This document shows, one piece after another, positions 35,592 through 50,500 of a DNA stretch of 64,000 nucleotides (the stretch's first letter is position 1; every line of letters begins with the position of its first letter). Made by a program: the position numbers and the translations under genes. Below the pieces are notes generated by a model. That model saw only the letters and a program-made list of their open reading frames with translations. It searched no databases and was not told the origin of the DNA. The stretch comes from Antedon mediterranea (taxonomy: Eukaryota; Animalia; Echinodermata): positions 19,229,045 to 19,293,044 of the forward strand of contig NC_092680.1 of NCBI RefSeq assembly GCF_964355755.1. The letters run 5' to 3'.

Positions 35592-38500
35592 ATGGGTGCT
35601 CTACAACAATTAAGCCTGCTGATTTGGAAAGATATTAGGCTACGAATCCGGGCACCTGTAAGTCACACTTATTTATTTTTTCATATGAATTATAATTACA
35701 CTATTTGTTTTATTATTATCTCATCTCATCAATTGTTTATCACATAATTTTTCATAGTCTCAGAACCAGGACATTTGTTTCCAGCGGCCAGAAGTAAAAA
35801 CACATTTCAATAATAGGCCACAATAGTTGATATATATATATAGTTTTTCACTTGTGTGGGCTAACTGTTATTTCTACTGTTTATACCATCAAGCCTTTGC
35901 CCTCTAAAAAGTTGTTTTCATGGGCCAAGTATCGATAACTTTTGTGGGTAGTAGGTCAACAATTAATAAGCCTGGTTGGACCCTTAATGTAGGCCTACTA
36001 CTTAATTTCTCTTGTACTGTACTGACAATTAAATGATCGTTAACTTTTATTTAACATCAACAAACTGTGTACATATCTACAAAGTGGCTTACATGCGTAC
36101 AGTATCAATCAACAAAATGCTGCTTGATTTATTTTCATAATTTGTGTTTGTGATTTCACAGTGCATCTCTTTACATCACATGTTATCTTATTTTAAAAGA
36201 ATTAAATTATCATTTCGCTTAATTAATATTTGTATCATTGTAGGTCCTTACGGTTATTTCTGTAATATGGCCAATCGCAGTGTTTGCAGCAGTTGCCATC
36301 ATACGTAGTGATTTTCCGCCTGAACAGCATACAAATTGTAAGTATAATGTCGCCTAACTTGTAACTCTAGTCCGTTACCACCCAGATCCTTGATACATAA
36401 CTATTTGCCGCATTTTCCATAGCTTTTCCGATTAAAGTGCGATAACTTTTATTACAAAGTGCGACAACACATCATAAGTGTATGGCTATTGTATTACAAA
36501 GTGTGACAACACGAAAGTGTGACACTTTTATTACAAAGTGCGACAACACGAGAGTATAACACTTTTATTACAAAGTGCGACAACATAAGAGTGTGACATT
36601 TTTATTACAAAGTGCGACAACATGAGAGTGTGACACTTTTATTACAAAGTGCGACAACACGAGAGTATAACACTTTTATTACAAAGTGCGACAACATAAG
36701 AGTGTGACATTTTTATTACAAAGTGCGACAACATGAGAGTGTGACACTTTTATTACAAAGTGCGACAACACGAAAGTATAACACTTTTATTACAAGGTGT
36801 GACAACATAAGAGTGTGACATTTGTATTACAAAGTGCGACAACATAAGAGTGTGACATTTTTATTACAAAATGCGACAACATGAGAGTATGACACTTTTA
36901 TTACAAAGTGCGACAACATAAGTGTGACACTTTTATTACAAAGTGCGACAACATAAGTGTGACACTTTTAATACAAAGTGCGACAACATAAGTGTGACAC
37001 TTTTATTACAAAGTGCGACAACATAAGTGCGACACTTTTATTACAAAGTGCGACAACATAAGTGCGACACTTTTATCACAAAGTGCGACAACATGAGAGT
37101 GTGACACTTTTATTACAAAGTGCGACAACATGAGAGTGTGACATTTTTATTACAAAGTGCGACAACATGAGAGTGTGACATTTTTATTACAAAGTGCGAC
37201 AACATGAGAGTGTGACACTTGTATTACAAAGTGCGACAACACGAGAGTATAACACTTTTATTACAAGGTGTGACAACATAAGAGTGTGACACTTGTATTA
37301 CAAAGTGCGACAACATGAGAGTATGACACTTTTATTACAAAGTGCGACAACATAAGTGTGACACTTTTATTACAAAGTGCGACAACATGAGAGTATAACA
37401 CTTTTATTACAAAGTGCGACAACATAAGAGTGTGACATTTTTATTACAAAGTGCGACAACATAAGTGTGACACTTTTATTACAAAGTGCGACAACATAAG
37501 TGTGACACTTTTATTACAAAGTGCGACAACATAAGTGCGACACTTTTATCACAAAGTGCGACAACATGAGAGTGTGACACTTTTATTACAAAGTGCGACA
37601 ACATGAGAGTGTGACATTTGTATTACAAAGTGCGACAACATGAGAGTGTGACACTTTTATTACAAAGTGCGACAACACGAGAGTATAACACTTTTATTAC
37701 AAGGTGTGACAACATAAGAGTGTGACACTTGTATTACAAAGTGCGACAACATGAGAGTATGACACTTTTATTACAAAGTGCGACAACACGAGAGTGTGAC
37801 ACTTGTATTACAAAGTGCGACAACATGAGAGTGTGACACTTTTATTACAAAGTGCGACAACATGAGAGGGTGACACTTTTATTACAAAGTGCGACAACAT
37901 GAGAGTGTGACACTTTTTTTACAAAGTGCGACAACATGAGAGTGACACTTTTATTACAGAGTGCGACAACATGAGAGTAGTGACACTTTTAATAAAAAAG
38001 TGCAACAACATGAGAGTGTGAGAGTTTTATTACAAAGTGCGATATAGCTGTTATAATGACGAACATGTATTTTTAATTCATACATTTAAAAAAAAAGTGC
38101 ACTAGTATATATTTTTTTCGATTCGAGACCTCCTATTTTTATCGATGTTTCCACACAATGTGTACGCGCTATGACGTCAAACGTATTGTTTTGGCATAGA
38201 GGAATTGTGTGAGTGCAAGAACGGTATTGAAAAAAAATCATCTTTTTTATAGTTTACTCACAAATAGTAGAACATAATTCATTTTAAATTTCAAATATGT
38301 TCAAATATAAGGCTACAACTTAACTAAGAGTTTCCAACTTCTGTGTTGGGCCGCGGCGGCCCCGCTCCGTGGTTCTCTTTCCTTTAATTTTTAATAAGTT
38401 GATTAAAAGGCCTAATTAAAGATGGGCTTAAAATACTTATATTAAAATAGCTAAATAATGAATGTTATACATAGGAATAGTCATTCGCATCACGTGCATT

Positions 38501-41500
38501 ATCTAACTCAGCGTGATAGAGCAGACTAGCACAACACCCGCATAATAGTCACTTGAAACATTACCCGTCTGAATGCAAACTTTAACAAAGGCTATCCTGT
38601 TGTTACCAGTAAGTCTTATTCAAACGGGACAGTGGTTCTGGTGACTTTGCACAATTTTCACATACTTATAATGTTGACCTTGTGGAAGATAGGTCAGGTA
38701 AATATTAAAGAAACGAATATATTTTGACAGCTATTCAGAGATGACCGACTTGGCAGCATTTGCCAAATATCGTCATAATAATAATAATAATAATATATGA
38801 ATACAAGCAAAACAAAATAGATTCCTTATTAGTGGTACATAAATGTGTTAAACTAGCGTAAAGTATTTGTATTAATTAATTCATACTTAGAAAGAGGTAC
38901 TAATAATAACAGCGGAGAAATAGTAGTTTAACGTCCTGTACAGTATGGCGACCCTCAATTTAACAAAAAGTCCCTTTTCTATTATGATACAGGGATATTT
39001 TTTTCTTCAAATAATAAATAATGTTAATAGGCCTACTAATTTTCAATTTAACGAATTTAACATAGAGACGTCCATTTGAAAACTATTATTATTGAATTAT
39101 TACTACATAATGAGCAGCGACCTATGTTAGACCATTGCTTTGAAGGCATGGGTAATGGTTAGCCCCACTATTTAAAATCCACGATGATAAACGTTCTGAA
39201 TCCTACAAAAAAGCGGCACTTCTAATTCATCGTTTTATGTTGATTGCTGTGGGCTTTCCGAGGTGATCGTGCTAGTTCATTAAGATTAATTAATCCATAC
39301 CACAACAACATCAAGACCTCGTCTTAAAGCACAGCAAAACACAGACGTTGTTTACTACTAAAAGCTGAAGATTTTAATTAATTAAAATTATCCGGCGGAA
39401 TACAACTAAAACCGTATTTAATATCCACAGTATTAAAATATGTAAGAAAATTATCTTAAGCCTGATGATGAAAACAATTGACGTATGGTGTTTGGCTTTA
39501 AGATTAATTGATAATTATAAGTGGCCAGTCATAAGTCTACTAATACTGGTAATTAAAGTATTTAGCATTTATTATAGGCCTAAATAATAAACAATACAGT
39601 ATGTAGTATTATTGCCGATAGTATCTTTAGTTAACGCCCAATTTGTTATTAAGACCTATTGTTATTAATTAATTAATTTATTTATTTTTTGTTTGTTTAT
39701 TTTTTATATATTTTTTTGCAACCTTTATTTTTGACACAATTTAATTATTTATTTGTTTAAAAATATTTTTATTTAACAGTGGTGTTTTTTTTTTGGGCTG
39801 CGCTACGAATCGGAAAATAGAAAGAGACACTGCGCGCGCGGCGGCGCAGAAGACGATAAAAAAAGTTTGTTGTAGAGGCCGTCAACATAATTGAGTAAAA
39901 TCAAGAGCGGTTAAATCAAAACTTTTTTAACAATAATATTTATAAAGTTAATTTTGATTATTCTTTGGCCATATTAATATAGTTTCTTCAGGTATGTTTT
40001 TATCAGTATTAGGCTCAACAATAAAAACGATATAATGCTACCAGAGGCCCTAAAAGACTGGACCTAGGCCTAGCCTAGGCAGAGGCTAGGGCCTACTAGC
40101 CTAGGCCTAGGCCTAGCTAGGCTAGGCTAGGCCTCTGGTATATCGCGAGCTAGGCCTAGGCTAGCCTAAGTAAGGCCTTCTGCACTCTATTTATAAACTA
40201 TACTACTAGCCTATACTCTAGGCCTCTACTACTCTAGCTAGCTAGGCCCTACCTAATACGTAGGAGGCATAGACTAGAGGCTGAGACGCAGGGTCCGAAT
40301 GGAGGCACCACAAGATAACGGCACGATGGCCAGGCCAGGCCTACCCCTAGTAGGCCTAAATAAAATCTAAAAAAACATTGATTTTGAAAAATAAAAATTC
40401 ATTTTGAAACACGCAATAAATTTCTTATAGTTATACACAGTGTTCTTTTCATGAATTTTATTACTAATAATAATTTGATATAGGCCTAGGTAGTATAAAC
40501 ACTATTTATTATGTATATACTGTACATTTGTTTCTACAATTTTCTTATAGGTTACTACAATGCAAAAGCAATGCCAAGCAGTGGGGCAGTTGACTTCATG
40601 CAGTCTTACATGTGTGATCTCGAGACGGCTTGCATACCGGGTAACAGCAGTACTATAGAAAGTAATGAGGTACCAAGCTACACTGGAGCCAGGTAATAGG
40701 AGTCCAGATCAATATATGTGTGTGCACATACACTCTGTCCTTTCATACAATAAAGCCCACAAAAATAAGCATGGTAGACTGTGACATAAATATCTTGGGG
40801 TGCTAAGGACTACGCAATTTTTTTGGAATTTTAAATGTAATACAATAATCAATTTTTCCCAGACTCAGTAAGGTGAAATATTTTTAAACAAGTATTAACA
40901 TGAGTTATCATTTCCAAAAAGTGTAATTGCTTTGTTATTAGTTATTTCATTTTGATAAATTGTTTGAATTATTTTATAGTATATCTGCAGTATTCGATTC
41001 GCTAGAACCTCTTATCAGTAATGAGAATGTAACAGAGTCTTTGAACGGGATCTCTGGGAGCATTGAACCATTGATGGAGTTAGCAGATGGTCTCCAAGCT
41101 GGCATTAATATCACAAGTATGTATTGTTACTCTATTGTTCATGTAGTTTTGGCATCTTTTATACTTTATTTCAGCAGTAGAACCCCTCCTTTGAGACACA
41201 TGTTAGGGAAATACAACATACTGTACTAGGGGGACACACTCCTATAAAACAAATGAGGGGTAACACTACTGTAACAGCTAGCCCTTATTCAAGGGACACT
41301 TACAGGATTAATCTTAAAGCCATTATATACAAAAACACAAGAACATTATAGTGGAACATCAAGACATAGGTATAAAGTTCAGGAAACCATTACAATTTAA
41401 ACCATATAGAAGAATCATACAATTTACGTGTAGCTTAAACACTGTATGGTGGTTTTAACTAGTGAAACTTCTTCTTTGGAATACCCCCTATTCAGGAGAT

Positions 41501-44500
41501 ACCCACTATTCATGAGATACCCCCTATTCATGAGATACCCCTATTCAGGGGACACCCCTATTCAGGAGATACCCCTATCCAGGGGACATCCCTATTAAGA
41601 AGGGTAGAAACAAGCACAGGATAATATATCTTTTAACACCAGCCAATCCTATTCAGTGGACACCCATTATTAATACTTTGTTAGATCCCAAATAGGAGTT
41701 CTACTGTAGATATACTATACTATCTTTCAAACTATATACAAGTATATCATATTTTGCTCTGATATTCATAGAATTAGGGAACAATGGAAACATCTCTGGT
41801 ATCTATTTTAACTTTACTGTGCTGTGTGACAAAGAAAATTGAAATGGCATTCAGCTATTCAAAGGGCAAAGTTTATACTGTATAGTGGTGATTGTTTGTT
41901 GAACGTTCTTTCTTTTGTTGTACATTTAGTTTTGTTCTGCATTATGCAGAATTCATAATGGAACGAATAATATAAATTGAATTCATTCCAACATGAGGTG
42001 GCCATATTTTGGAATTACTGTAGTGTTGAAATCCTGGAGGAGACTCTGTCTACGTTATCAAACTTAATGTGACAAAAAAAAGGGATGTGGCCATTATATG
42101 GACATGATGATGTCATATCACTACCATATTTGGGCACATCACACTTTTTTGGTCAAACTAGTTTGATAGTGCAGACAGAGTTTAACATTTGTGTGATGCC
42201 CGGTGGTCAAACTATATCTTTCAATCAATTGATGAAATTGATATGACCACATCCTTCAAGGTCTGATGAGCAGGAAAATTAAATGTGATTTTGTTTATGC
42301 TTCAATATTTGAATATACACTATGTATTGTTTTCAGATGTTGATTATAGGGTTGGAGACTTATTCAAAAATGAATCTCACGTAGCTTGGTTTTTGGAAAG
42401 TAAAATACAACTTGAACCAGATGTAGTAGATGCATTTTTGAATTCATTTATCAACGTTAACGAGGTAAATAATGTTATTCTTATTTTTAAAGATGTTATA
42501 AATTAAGCTAATAAAGTGAATTATGATATATTTTGTTTAGTTTTTCTTTGACTTGAGCGAGTGAGTGGCTGAGCAGTTAAAACAGTGGAACCGTAATCCA
42601 TTGCCATAACATCGGCAAGGCTCACTCGCTCCATGGTTCTGGTGGTAGAACAAGTCTTCTCGGATAAGGACTATAAACCGTAGGTCCAGAGTATGCACAT
42701 TGCTTGTGTGCACTTTAAAGAACCTAGTACATCTTTCGAGACGAGTTACTCTGGTGTACCAGTTTACACACTGAGCCACTGTCATGGACAGAAGTAATGG
42801 CGCTGTAGTTGGCTGTTGGTGACACGATGTGAAAGGCGTAACATCTAAGTCCACAGAGGACTGATCTTCATTACATTACATTTTTTTTCTTTCACATTTT
42901 AGTTGTTGGATATAACCGGGTATGTTGATTTTTATCGAATTACCTGCAACGAAACAGAGTTACAAAAATATCTGGATTTTCCCAGAGGATCTGATGTTAG
43001 AAAAATATCACAAGAACTTTGTCGAATAAACATCACCTCGATCCCGGAAATAATTGGAGAGTTTCAGGAACAGTTAAACATTGAATACTTAGTTTTACAG
43101 GTACAGCACTATGTAATATTTTATATGAAATAACCTATTATTAATTAAAATATGTTAATTATATTAGTTTTTCCCTTGTGTTGGCCGAATAGTCCTGCTA
43201 CCAACAGCTTACAGTAGTAGGCTAGCAGGTCCTATTTAATAGAGCATATAACTAGCCTACACGTTGAGAAACAACGTGTAAACGGTATATAATAAGTTAA
43301 CTTAGTTTGTCCTAAATCATCTAAATATTCAAATATATTGATTTATATATATGACATATTCTGGTCCAATTAGAGTATCCATGTATTAAATCACTGGGAT
43401 GAATATAAGGGGTTGTAATTAAGGCATGCACTCCCTCCTTTTGACAAATAAAATCAAATCATGACCTGTTTGTTTATAGATTGCCAGATTTACGTCAGCA
43501 ATTTCTGGAAACGAGTGGTATGATTGGGTAGCTGCCATCGAAGACGCCCTCAATGTTTTAGTGAAATTGGACGCCTTTCCCGAACTACAAGAATTGATCA
43601 GAGGGTTAGGAAACTCATACGATATGCTAATTGCTGTACGAGATGGTTTGAAGTTGTTTCAGGATATGCAGAGCGGTGACATAGAAGATGACACGTAGGT
43701 CGCATATTAATACAGTTGACCTCTATTTTTATATCTCCCAATACCAGACTCTCTGAAAACCAGATCTCTCAAAACCAATCTTGAGGCCCAAAAGGTCCCA
43801 AATTCTTCATTACCTCTAAAATATTTAATTTATTATTTAAACCAGATTTAGGACAACCAAAGAGTTTTCGATATTGGGAGAGTACAATTTTTAACTTGAA
43901 CTATTTTTTTCATTTTATTACTACCACCGACATACTATAGAATTAAGCGTTTATTTGAGATGATGGATAGCCTGTTTGGGGATGAAGAATGGTGGATGAA
44001 TATGAAATCTAATATCGAACCTTTTCTAGACTTTCTTTATGAAACAGAAGAAAAACGTAAGTTACTGTACATAAATCTTTAAAAAATGTGAAACAGATCA
44101 AATGTGAATTTATATATAGATTCATATAGATGTATGTATACTAATATGTCAGTTTAGAAGTCATGTTCTGTGCCTGTTGTGTTTATATATACTAATATGT
44201 GTATACACTATGTTGAACTTGTTTATTAAAAATAATCATTTTCTGGGCTTGTTTGTTTTCATAATATTTTAACCATTATGTTAATATTGTAGTTGTAAGA
44301 GTAATTTGATCTCGCTAACACTCTATGCTCGGAACTTTTAGTACTAAACATTTTTCAACAAAGGCAAATAATAAAATTTTTTAGGAAATGGTACAAGATT
44401 GGAAGATCTGTATAGAGACGGGGTATTGGAGATGATTTTAGACAATCATTTTGGCGATGTAATCGATGTGAAAGAGGGATTTAAAAATGCATCTATAAAT

Positions 44501-47500
44501 TTTGGAAAGGTAATAAAACATACTTTTCAAAACAAATGTAAAAAAAAGTGACAATTTGTCCATTTGATAATGATAATTATTTGTTTTTCTATTTTCATAG
44601 TTATTGTCATTGTTTGAAGATGAAACGGGATGGGACGACTTATTGAACGTTTGTAACGATACTTCAAGTTTTACAGAACTCCTAGAGTTTGATGAAATGG
44701 TGGATGTGCAGAGCATTCAAGAGGCCCTTTGCATGAATAATGTCACTCAATTTTGGGTTGATCTCATATCCGGAATGGATGCAATACTTATTGCAAAAAA
44801 GGTAACCTTTGACCCCCATTTACACTTTTGATAGGGTCCTGGGATCGCTCCAGGATTTAGTTAAGACTTGAAATTAGGCAACTTTTATTTTTGTTTTCTG
44901 TCGGCTTTACCATTTCTTATCGTTTTTCAAATTTGTTTATTTATAAATAGCAAATATATAGGACGGCACTTATTACCATAAAATGATTTATTTTAAATTT
45001 TAATCCAATCATCAATCCGTTCATATGTTTCAAATGTGTCTTAAAAAGATGGATTGTTTTGTTGATTTTTATATATTTAGGCAAATTGCCAAGGATAACC
45101 ATAAGCGAATTCATTCACTATCCTTCTTAAAGCTGGCAATCCTGTTCAAAAGACAAACATATATACACAAGCATCATAACCATCAAGCCACAGCTCCACT
45201 CCATAAAAATCACTCTAAAAATTGCATTTTTTTAATTTTGCATAACAGACTAAAGAACACCTATCTACTCTGAAAGAAGGGGAACTTGATTGGCAGTTAA
45301 TATTGCACAGTTTATTTAATCTGACTGGAATGGATGACCTGCCAAGTTTTCTGAATGTAGATCTTGAAGCACTTAAATACATTCTTGATGATGATATGAC
45401 GCAAGCATTTATGGAAATATTTGAGATTCTGTCAAACACACCAGTAGAGGAGTGGTTCTCTGCCGAAACGTATGTATTAAATTGTTATTGAAAGGTTAAA
45501 TACATTAATGAACTACTTTTACTGTATATATAATTGCCAATATCAATATTATCTTGTCAAATTGGACATGATGATGTCATATCTTGATATAAAGTTTGCG
45601 GTACATCACGGATATTAGTTCTGAAAAGAACTGTGAAGCTTCTCCATGTTTCGATCAATATGCGTTGATCGTCCTCAGGAGTGATGTCATATCACTACCA
45701 TATTTTGGCACATCACACTTTTTGAGAGTGTATTTTCCTACCAACATTTTTTCTACTATCCTTTTTTTATTGGTCAACAGAATTGGATACTGCCTAAGTA
45801 TTCTTGATGGCGCCTTCTCTAATCAAACATGGTGGAATGAAATAAAGTATGGTCTTGGAGGTAAGCTATATTTTGAAATTGAGTCATAAATTTGTACTGA
45901 TAATTCTAAAGTTATTATCAAATTTCATTTCGCACATTTCTCCCCCAACAACAGAGTCAGATTTACAATCAAGTTTTGTATATACTGTAACATTGTCGTT
46001 GTTTTTATTTTGTAGATGGCATACGTCTTGGTGACACCCCTATAGACAGACTGCTTGGCAATAACTCTACATTCAAGTTACTTGATATGTATTTGAATCA
46101 TACTCATTTTGTTATTGATGCATTGAGAGATTCAACACTGCACCTGCAAAAGGTAAAACTTATAGAAAGTTTTGTACTTCCTGTTTCCCTATGAAATCTA
46201 ATCTGCATAGGCGGATCCATTAGATCAGTGGCGGATCCAGCATTTTGAAATAGGGGGGAGAGGCTAAAAATAGTGAAATGAAGGGCGGTCTTATCTTTTG
46301 CATTACAATTTGCAAAATTTGGAGGGGGCGGATGTACCCCCTTGGATATGCCGTGAGGGTTGGGCTACTGTACAACTCCCCAACTTTAGGCCCAAAGCCA
46401 ATCCCCATACCCCATATTACATTCTGGATCCTACACTGATTTGTACCTAAATGGTGTTGAGTACTTAACTTAACTTATTAAGTGTACTACTACACATACT
46501 TTTTTTTTTCTTGTTAAACAGATAATGGCTCTGTTCAGTGATACCGCCAATCATACAGATATTTGGATGGTCGCACATATGATTTGCCAAAATGAAATAG
46601 ACATTTCAGATTTCATAACGTTTGAACCGAGCGTTGATGAACACGAATTCCTCATGGAGATTTGTTCTATTAATTTTACAATGATCTTTGATGAACCAAA
46701 TAAACATGAAGATATTATGAAACTCATAGAGCAGGTAACATTATAAAGTTTCCCATTCCCATCTTTCATTGTTTATTTCTACTATTCTGCTTTAATAGAA
46801 ACATTTATTGTAGCTAATTGGTTACTGTAGGCTATACCTAAATTTGTTTTTACTCGTATCATAGACCTTCATTACAGCTTGGTTCTCACTAGAGATACCG
46901 CCCAAGGTTCAAATTGACCAATGACAAGCGATATGTCCTTGTGTTGCTCCCCCGACTAAAGTTAAATTTCTTCCTATTATCTTGGATATACAAAATCCAA
47001 TAATGTATAAATGATCCTAAAGTCATTTTTCCAAGTGGGACCTTACTAATTTTAACACTAAATTTTCAATCGTTTTCAGATCATAGAATTATCAAATTAT
47101 TCAAAGGATGATTTAGGTTTGCGATTGATATTTGAAGATGTTCTAAGTAAAATAGATGAACTTCCGCAAGAAGTCTTTGCACTCTTTTATGTCATACAGG
47201 CTTATCAAAGTGGAGATATTGAGATGTTGTTTGATATGCTTATACCAAAAGATGGTCTTTCATCGGGTAACATGTAAGTGTATTATAGTCAATAGTTTGC
47301 TACCTAGATCAGGGAGGTTTCGCAACGCTGTGAATACGATAACGAAAACGGATATGTCACACACACCTATTCGTTTTAGTAAACCAGTAAAAATAAAATA
47401 TTGAGGGTGCCATCAAATATATGATTGCGCTAAATTTGAACAAAGTGCAGGTACGTGTTGCTTGGCTGCCTAGGCCTAGCGTAACATCAAAGTGAGTGAG

Positions 47501-50500
47501 GACTTGAATTCACTGGTGATATTTGTCAACAAGAACACACTTTACGAATATGAAATGAGGATCAGCTCAAAGCTTCACAAATGTGTGAATCTTCATTATC
47601 ATATTTATAGCTTTGCGAAACCTTCCTAGTGTTAATTTCTTTTTAGTTGGTATTGACCTTAATTTGCTCTATCATCTATACATTAGATTAGGTATGTAAA
47701 TTGCTCTTAAGTTTACGTTATTATACGTACAATACTGTATATACTTAAGTTTACGTTATTATACGTACAGAACTGTATATGCTTAAGTTTACGTTATTAT
47801 ACGTACAGAACTGTATATGCTTAAGTTTACGTTATTATACGTACAGAACTGTATATACTTTTTTCTATGTAGATTAAACGGAACCATGACAAGTTGGCTC
47901 AACAGTACTTTTTACCAGGTGGATCAGGAATTGATTCATCTTATTAATGCAGTAATAGTCAGCTTAAACGACATCCATGATGCTTTTAAAGGTAGATATT
48001 TATTAATATTTATAGATATATTAATGTTTATTTCATTTATTACTTCTGTTAAAGACAGCATGCACCACTGGACATGATGACAGATCTTCGAAATACTTAA
48101 ATATTCTAATCCAAAGATTAAACAGAATGATGTCTCCATCCTCAATGATCCCAAATCTCCTAAGAGATTATCATCACTGGAAACATGACTGTAGAACAGA
48201 CCCCCTCTTAAAGGCTTTAATATTCTAATCAAAAATATAATCTAATGATGTCTACATCCTCTAAGAATCCCTCATTCAAAAGAATGTTCAATCTGTACAT
48301 CCCCCACCCCCTCTAAGAAGACACAGGGATAGGAAAGAAAACCATTAAACGAATATATAAACTACCTAACATTTGAAAAAACAAATATTATCTTTATAGA
48401 AAATGTGTTAAATGTTTGTCCTGAATTTGATGCTGAAACAGTAACATCTTGTGATTACCTTTGTGAGAGCCATGTCGAATGTGGTACTGATCAGATTTGC
48501 TGTATACATGGCTGTGGTACCACCTGTATTGATGAAGGTAAATATGTTTGTATTTTATGAGAAAATGCTCGCCCCAAAGTGGGCACCTTTTGCCCTCTCC
48601 AGTAACAAATCCCCATGGCAATTTAAAAATGTAGTTTAAAACCTTCCCAGTACAACTATAGTCACTAGAAAAAATACCCGCTCCAGAGCCGGCTCTACTC
48701 CCCCAATATACTCCAGTAGTTTAAAACCTTCCCAGTACAACTATAGTCACTAGAAAAAATACCCGCTCCAGAGCCGGCTCTACTCCCCCAATATACTCCA
48801 GTAGTTTAAAACCTTCCAAGTACATATTCCAGTCATGTTGCTATTACTTTACTCCAAACCCACATCCATTCCATGACAGTTTTCAAATGGATAGCTTAAA
48901 ACCTCCCCAGCACAATTCCTATCATTCGGTACTCCATTACTCCCCAATCTGATCATGTTATTACAAAACCCTCATCCCTCTTTCTGGATCTTTTCAACCA
49001 AAATTACAACCAAGAATTTAAATATTAATCAGTTTCATCATATTTATATGCAACAGATTCACCAGAACTTCGGAAATTTATCGACGGGAGTTTTGGACTT
49101 CTTGAAGAACTATCAAGATTTCACAGCAACGGTAGTTTGTCACAAAGCCAACTGAGTATGGTAAGAATTATAAATCAATATTTTTCAATATTCTCACGAA
49201 TACAAAACATTTATTTGTTTTGTAAACCTACTTTTATTCAATTCACTTATAGACAGTGCGCACAACAAGTTGATTTCGGTAACGTTGCATGGCAAACATT
49301 CTCAAAAATGTTTACAGAAAGCTGAACTTGCATTAGAGTTTGTTAATTATCACTATTAGATATCACCTTTCTATTAGGTAGGGCTAATTCCAAAAGACAT
49401 GTGATGCATACAATCATATTGCAAGAATACAAAGATGTGTTATAACATCTTAGCATTAACAGGCCTTCGTTATACGTGTTTAAGAATGATGAATTACTAA
49501 CTTTATGTCTTGTTTGAAGGTTTGCATGGCGAAATCAAATGTTGATATAAGTTTGTGGTACACCACGTATATTAGTTCTGAAAAGAACTGTTGAGTTTCT
49601 CTTCTCTCTCTTGAGAAACTCAACAGTTCTTTTCAGAACTTATATACGTGGCGTACCACAAACTTATATTAACTTTATGTCATTGCTTACACAAAATTTC
49701 TTATTTTTTTTCTTAAAGATTATAATGGAGCTTGTTAGTCTACAGTACGATTCTTTCCTGTGCAACACCACTGCTATTGGAACCGTGGTCGGCCCTCTAG
49801 CGGCTGCTGATCTAAGTTCGCATCTTGACACAATTTGTAGCGTGAACATAACAGCTTTGTTTTTAGAAATTCAAAAAGAAATCAATATGGAACAAATCGA
49901 ATCATTGGTATGTAAGACATTTAAGTACCCTTTTTCAGAAAATGGTTGTAGAATAATAACCAAATTTCGAGAAATTCTCAACCATATTTTAGTTCCTTTT
50001 AGAAACATGGTGTTCAGCAAACCTAACTTTACTAGTGTTTATTTCGCCATGCAAACCTTTGAACAATAAAGATATACTGTTTGTAAATTTGTATGACATT
50101 TTATCTGTAAAAATTACTTCTTAAGCTCTGTCTACACTATCAAACTAGTTTTGACAAAAAAAGTGTGATGTGCCCAAATATGGTAGTGGTATGCCCAAAT
50201 AAGGTAGTGATATGATATCATCATGTCCATATATGGGCACATCACATTTTTTTTTTTCAAATAAAGTTTGATAGTGTAGACAAGTCTTTATGTTGAAAAT
50301 AAATATTCTTGCTGTTACTTTTTTTTATAATTCATTTGGTTCATTTTCTTACCAGATTGGAATCATATTCTTTGGAATGCCACCACCGTATGAAGAAGAG
50401 CGAGTTTCATTTGAAGAATTTGTTCAGAACATTGAAAAACTGGCTGGAAATGTCCTCAACGCTCCAGAAATATTTCAAGAACTTGATGGACGGTATAACA

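Noticed and set aside
36445-38042. CRISPR-like array (constant repeat plus variable spacer)
   Set aside because: The spacers are only 12-14 bp and are variants of one sequence. There are no cas genes and the array lies in a eukaryotic intron, so it is a minisatellite.
42537-42854. 105-aa minus-strand ORF
   Set aside because: It coincides with a SINE copy and has no protein features.
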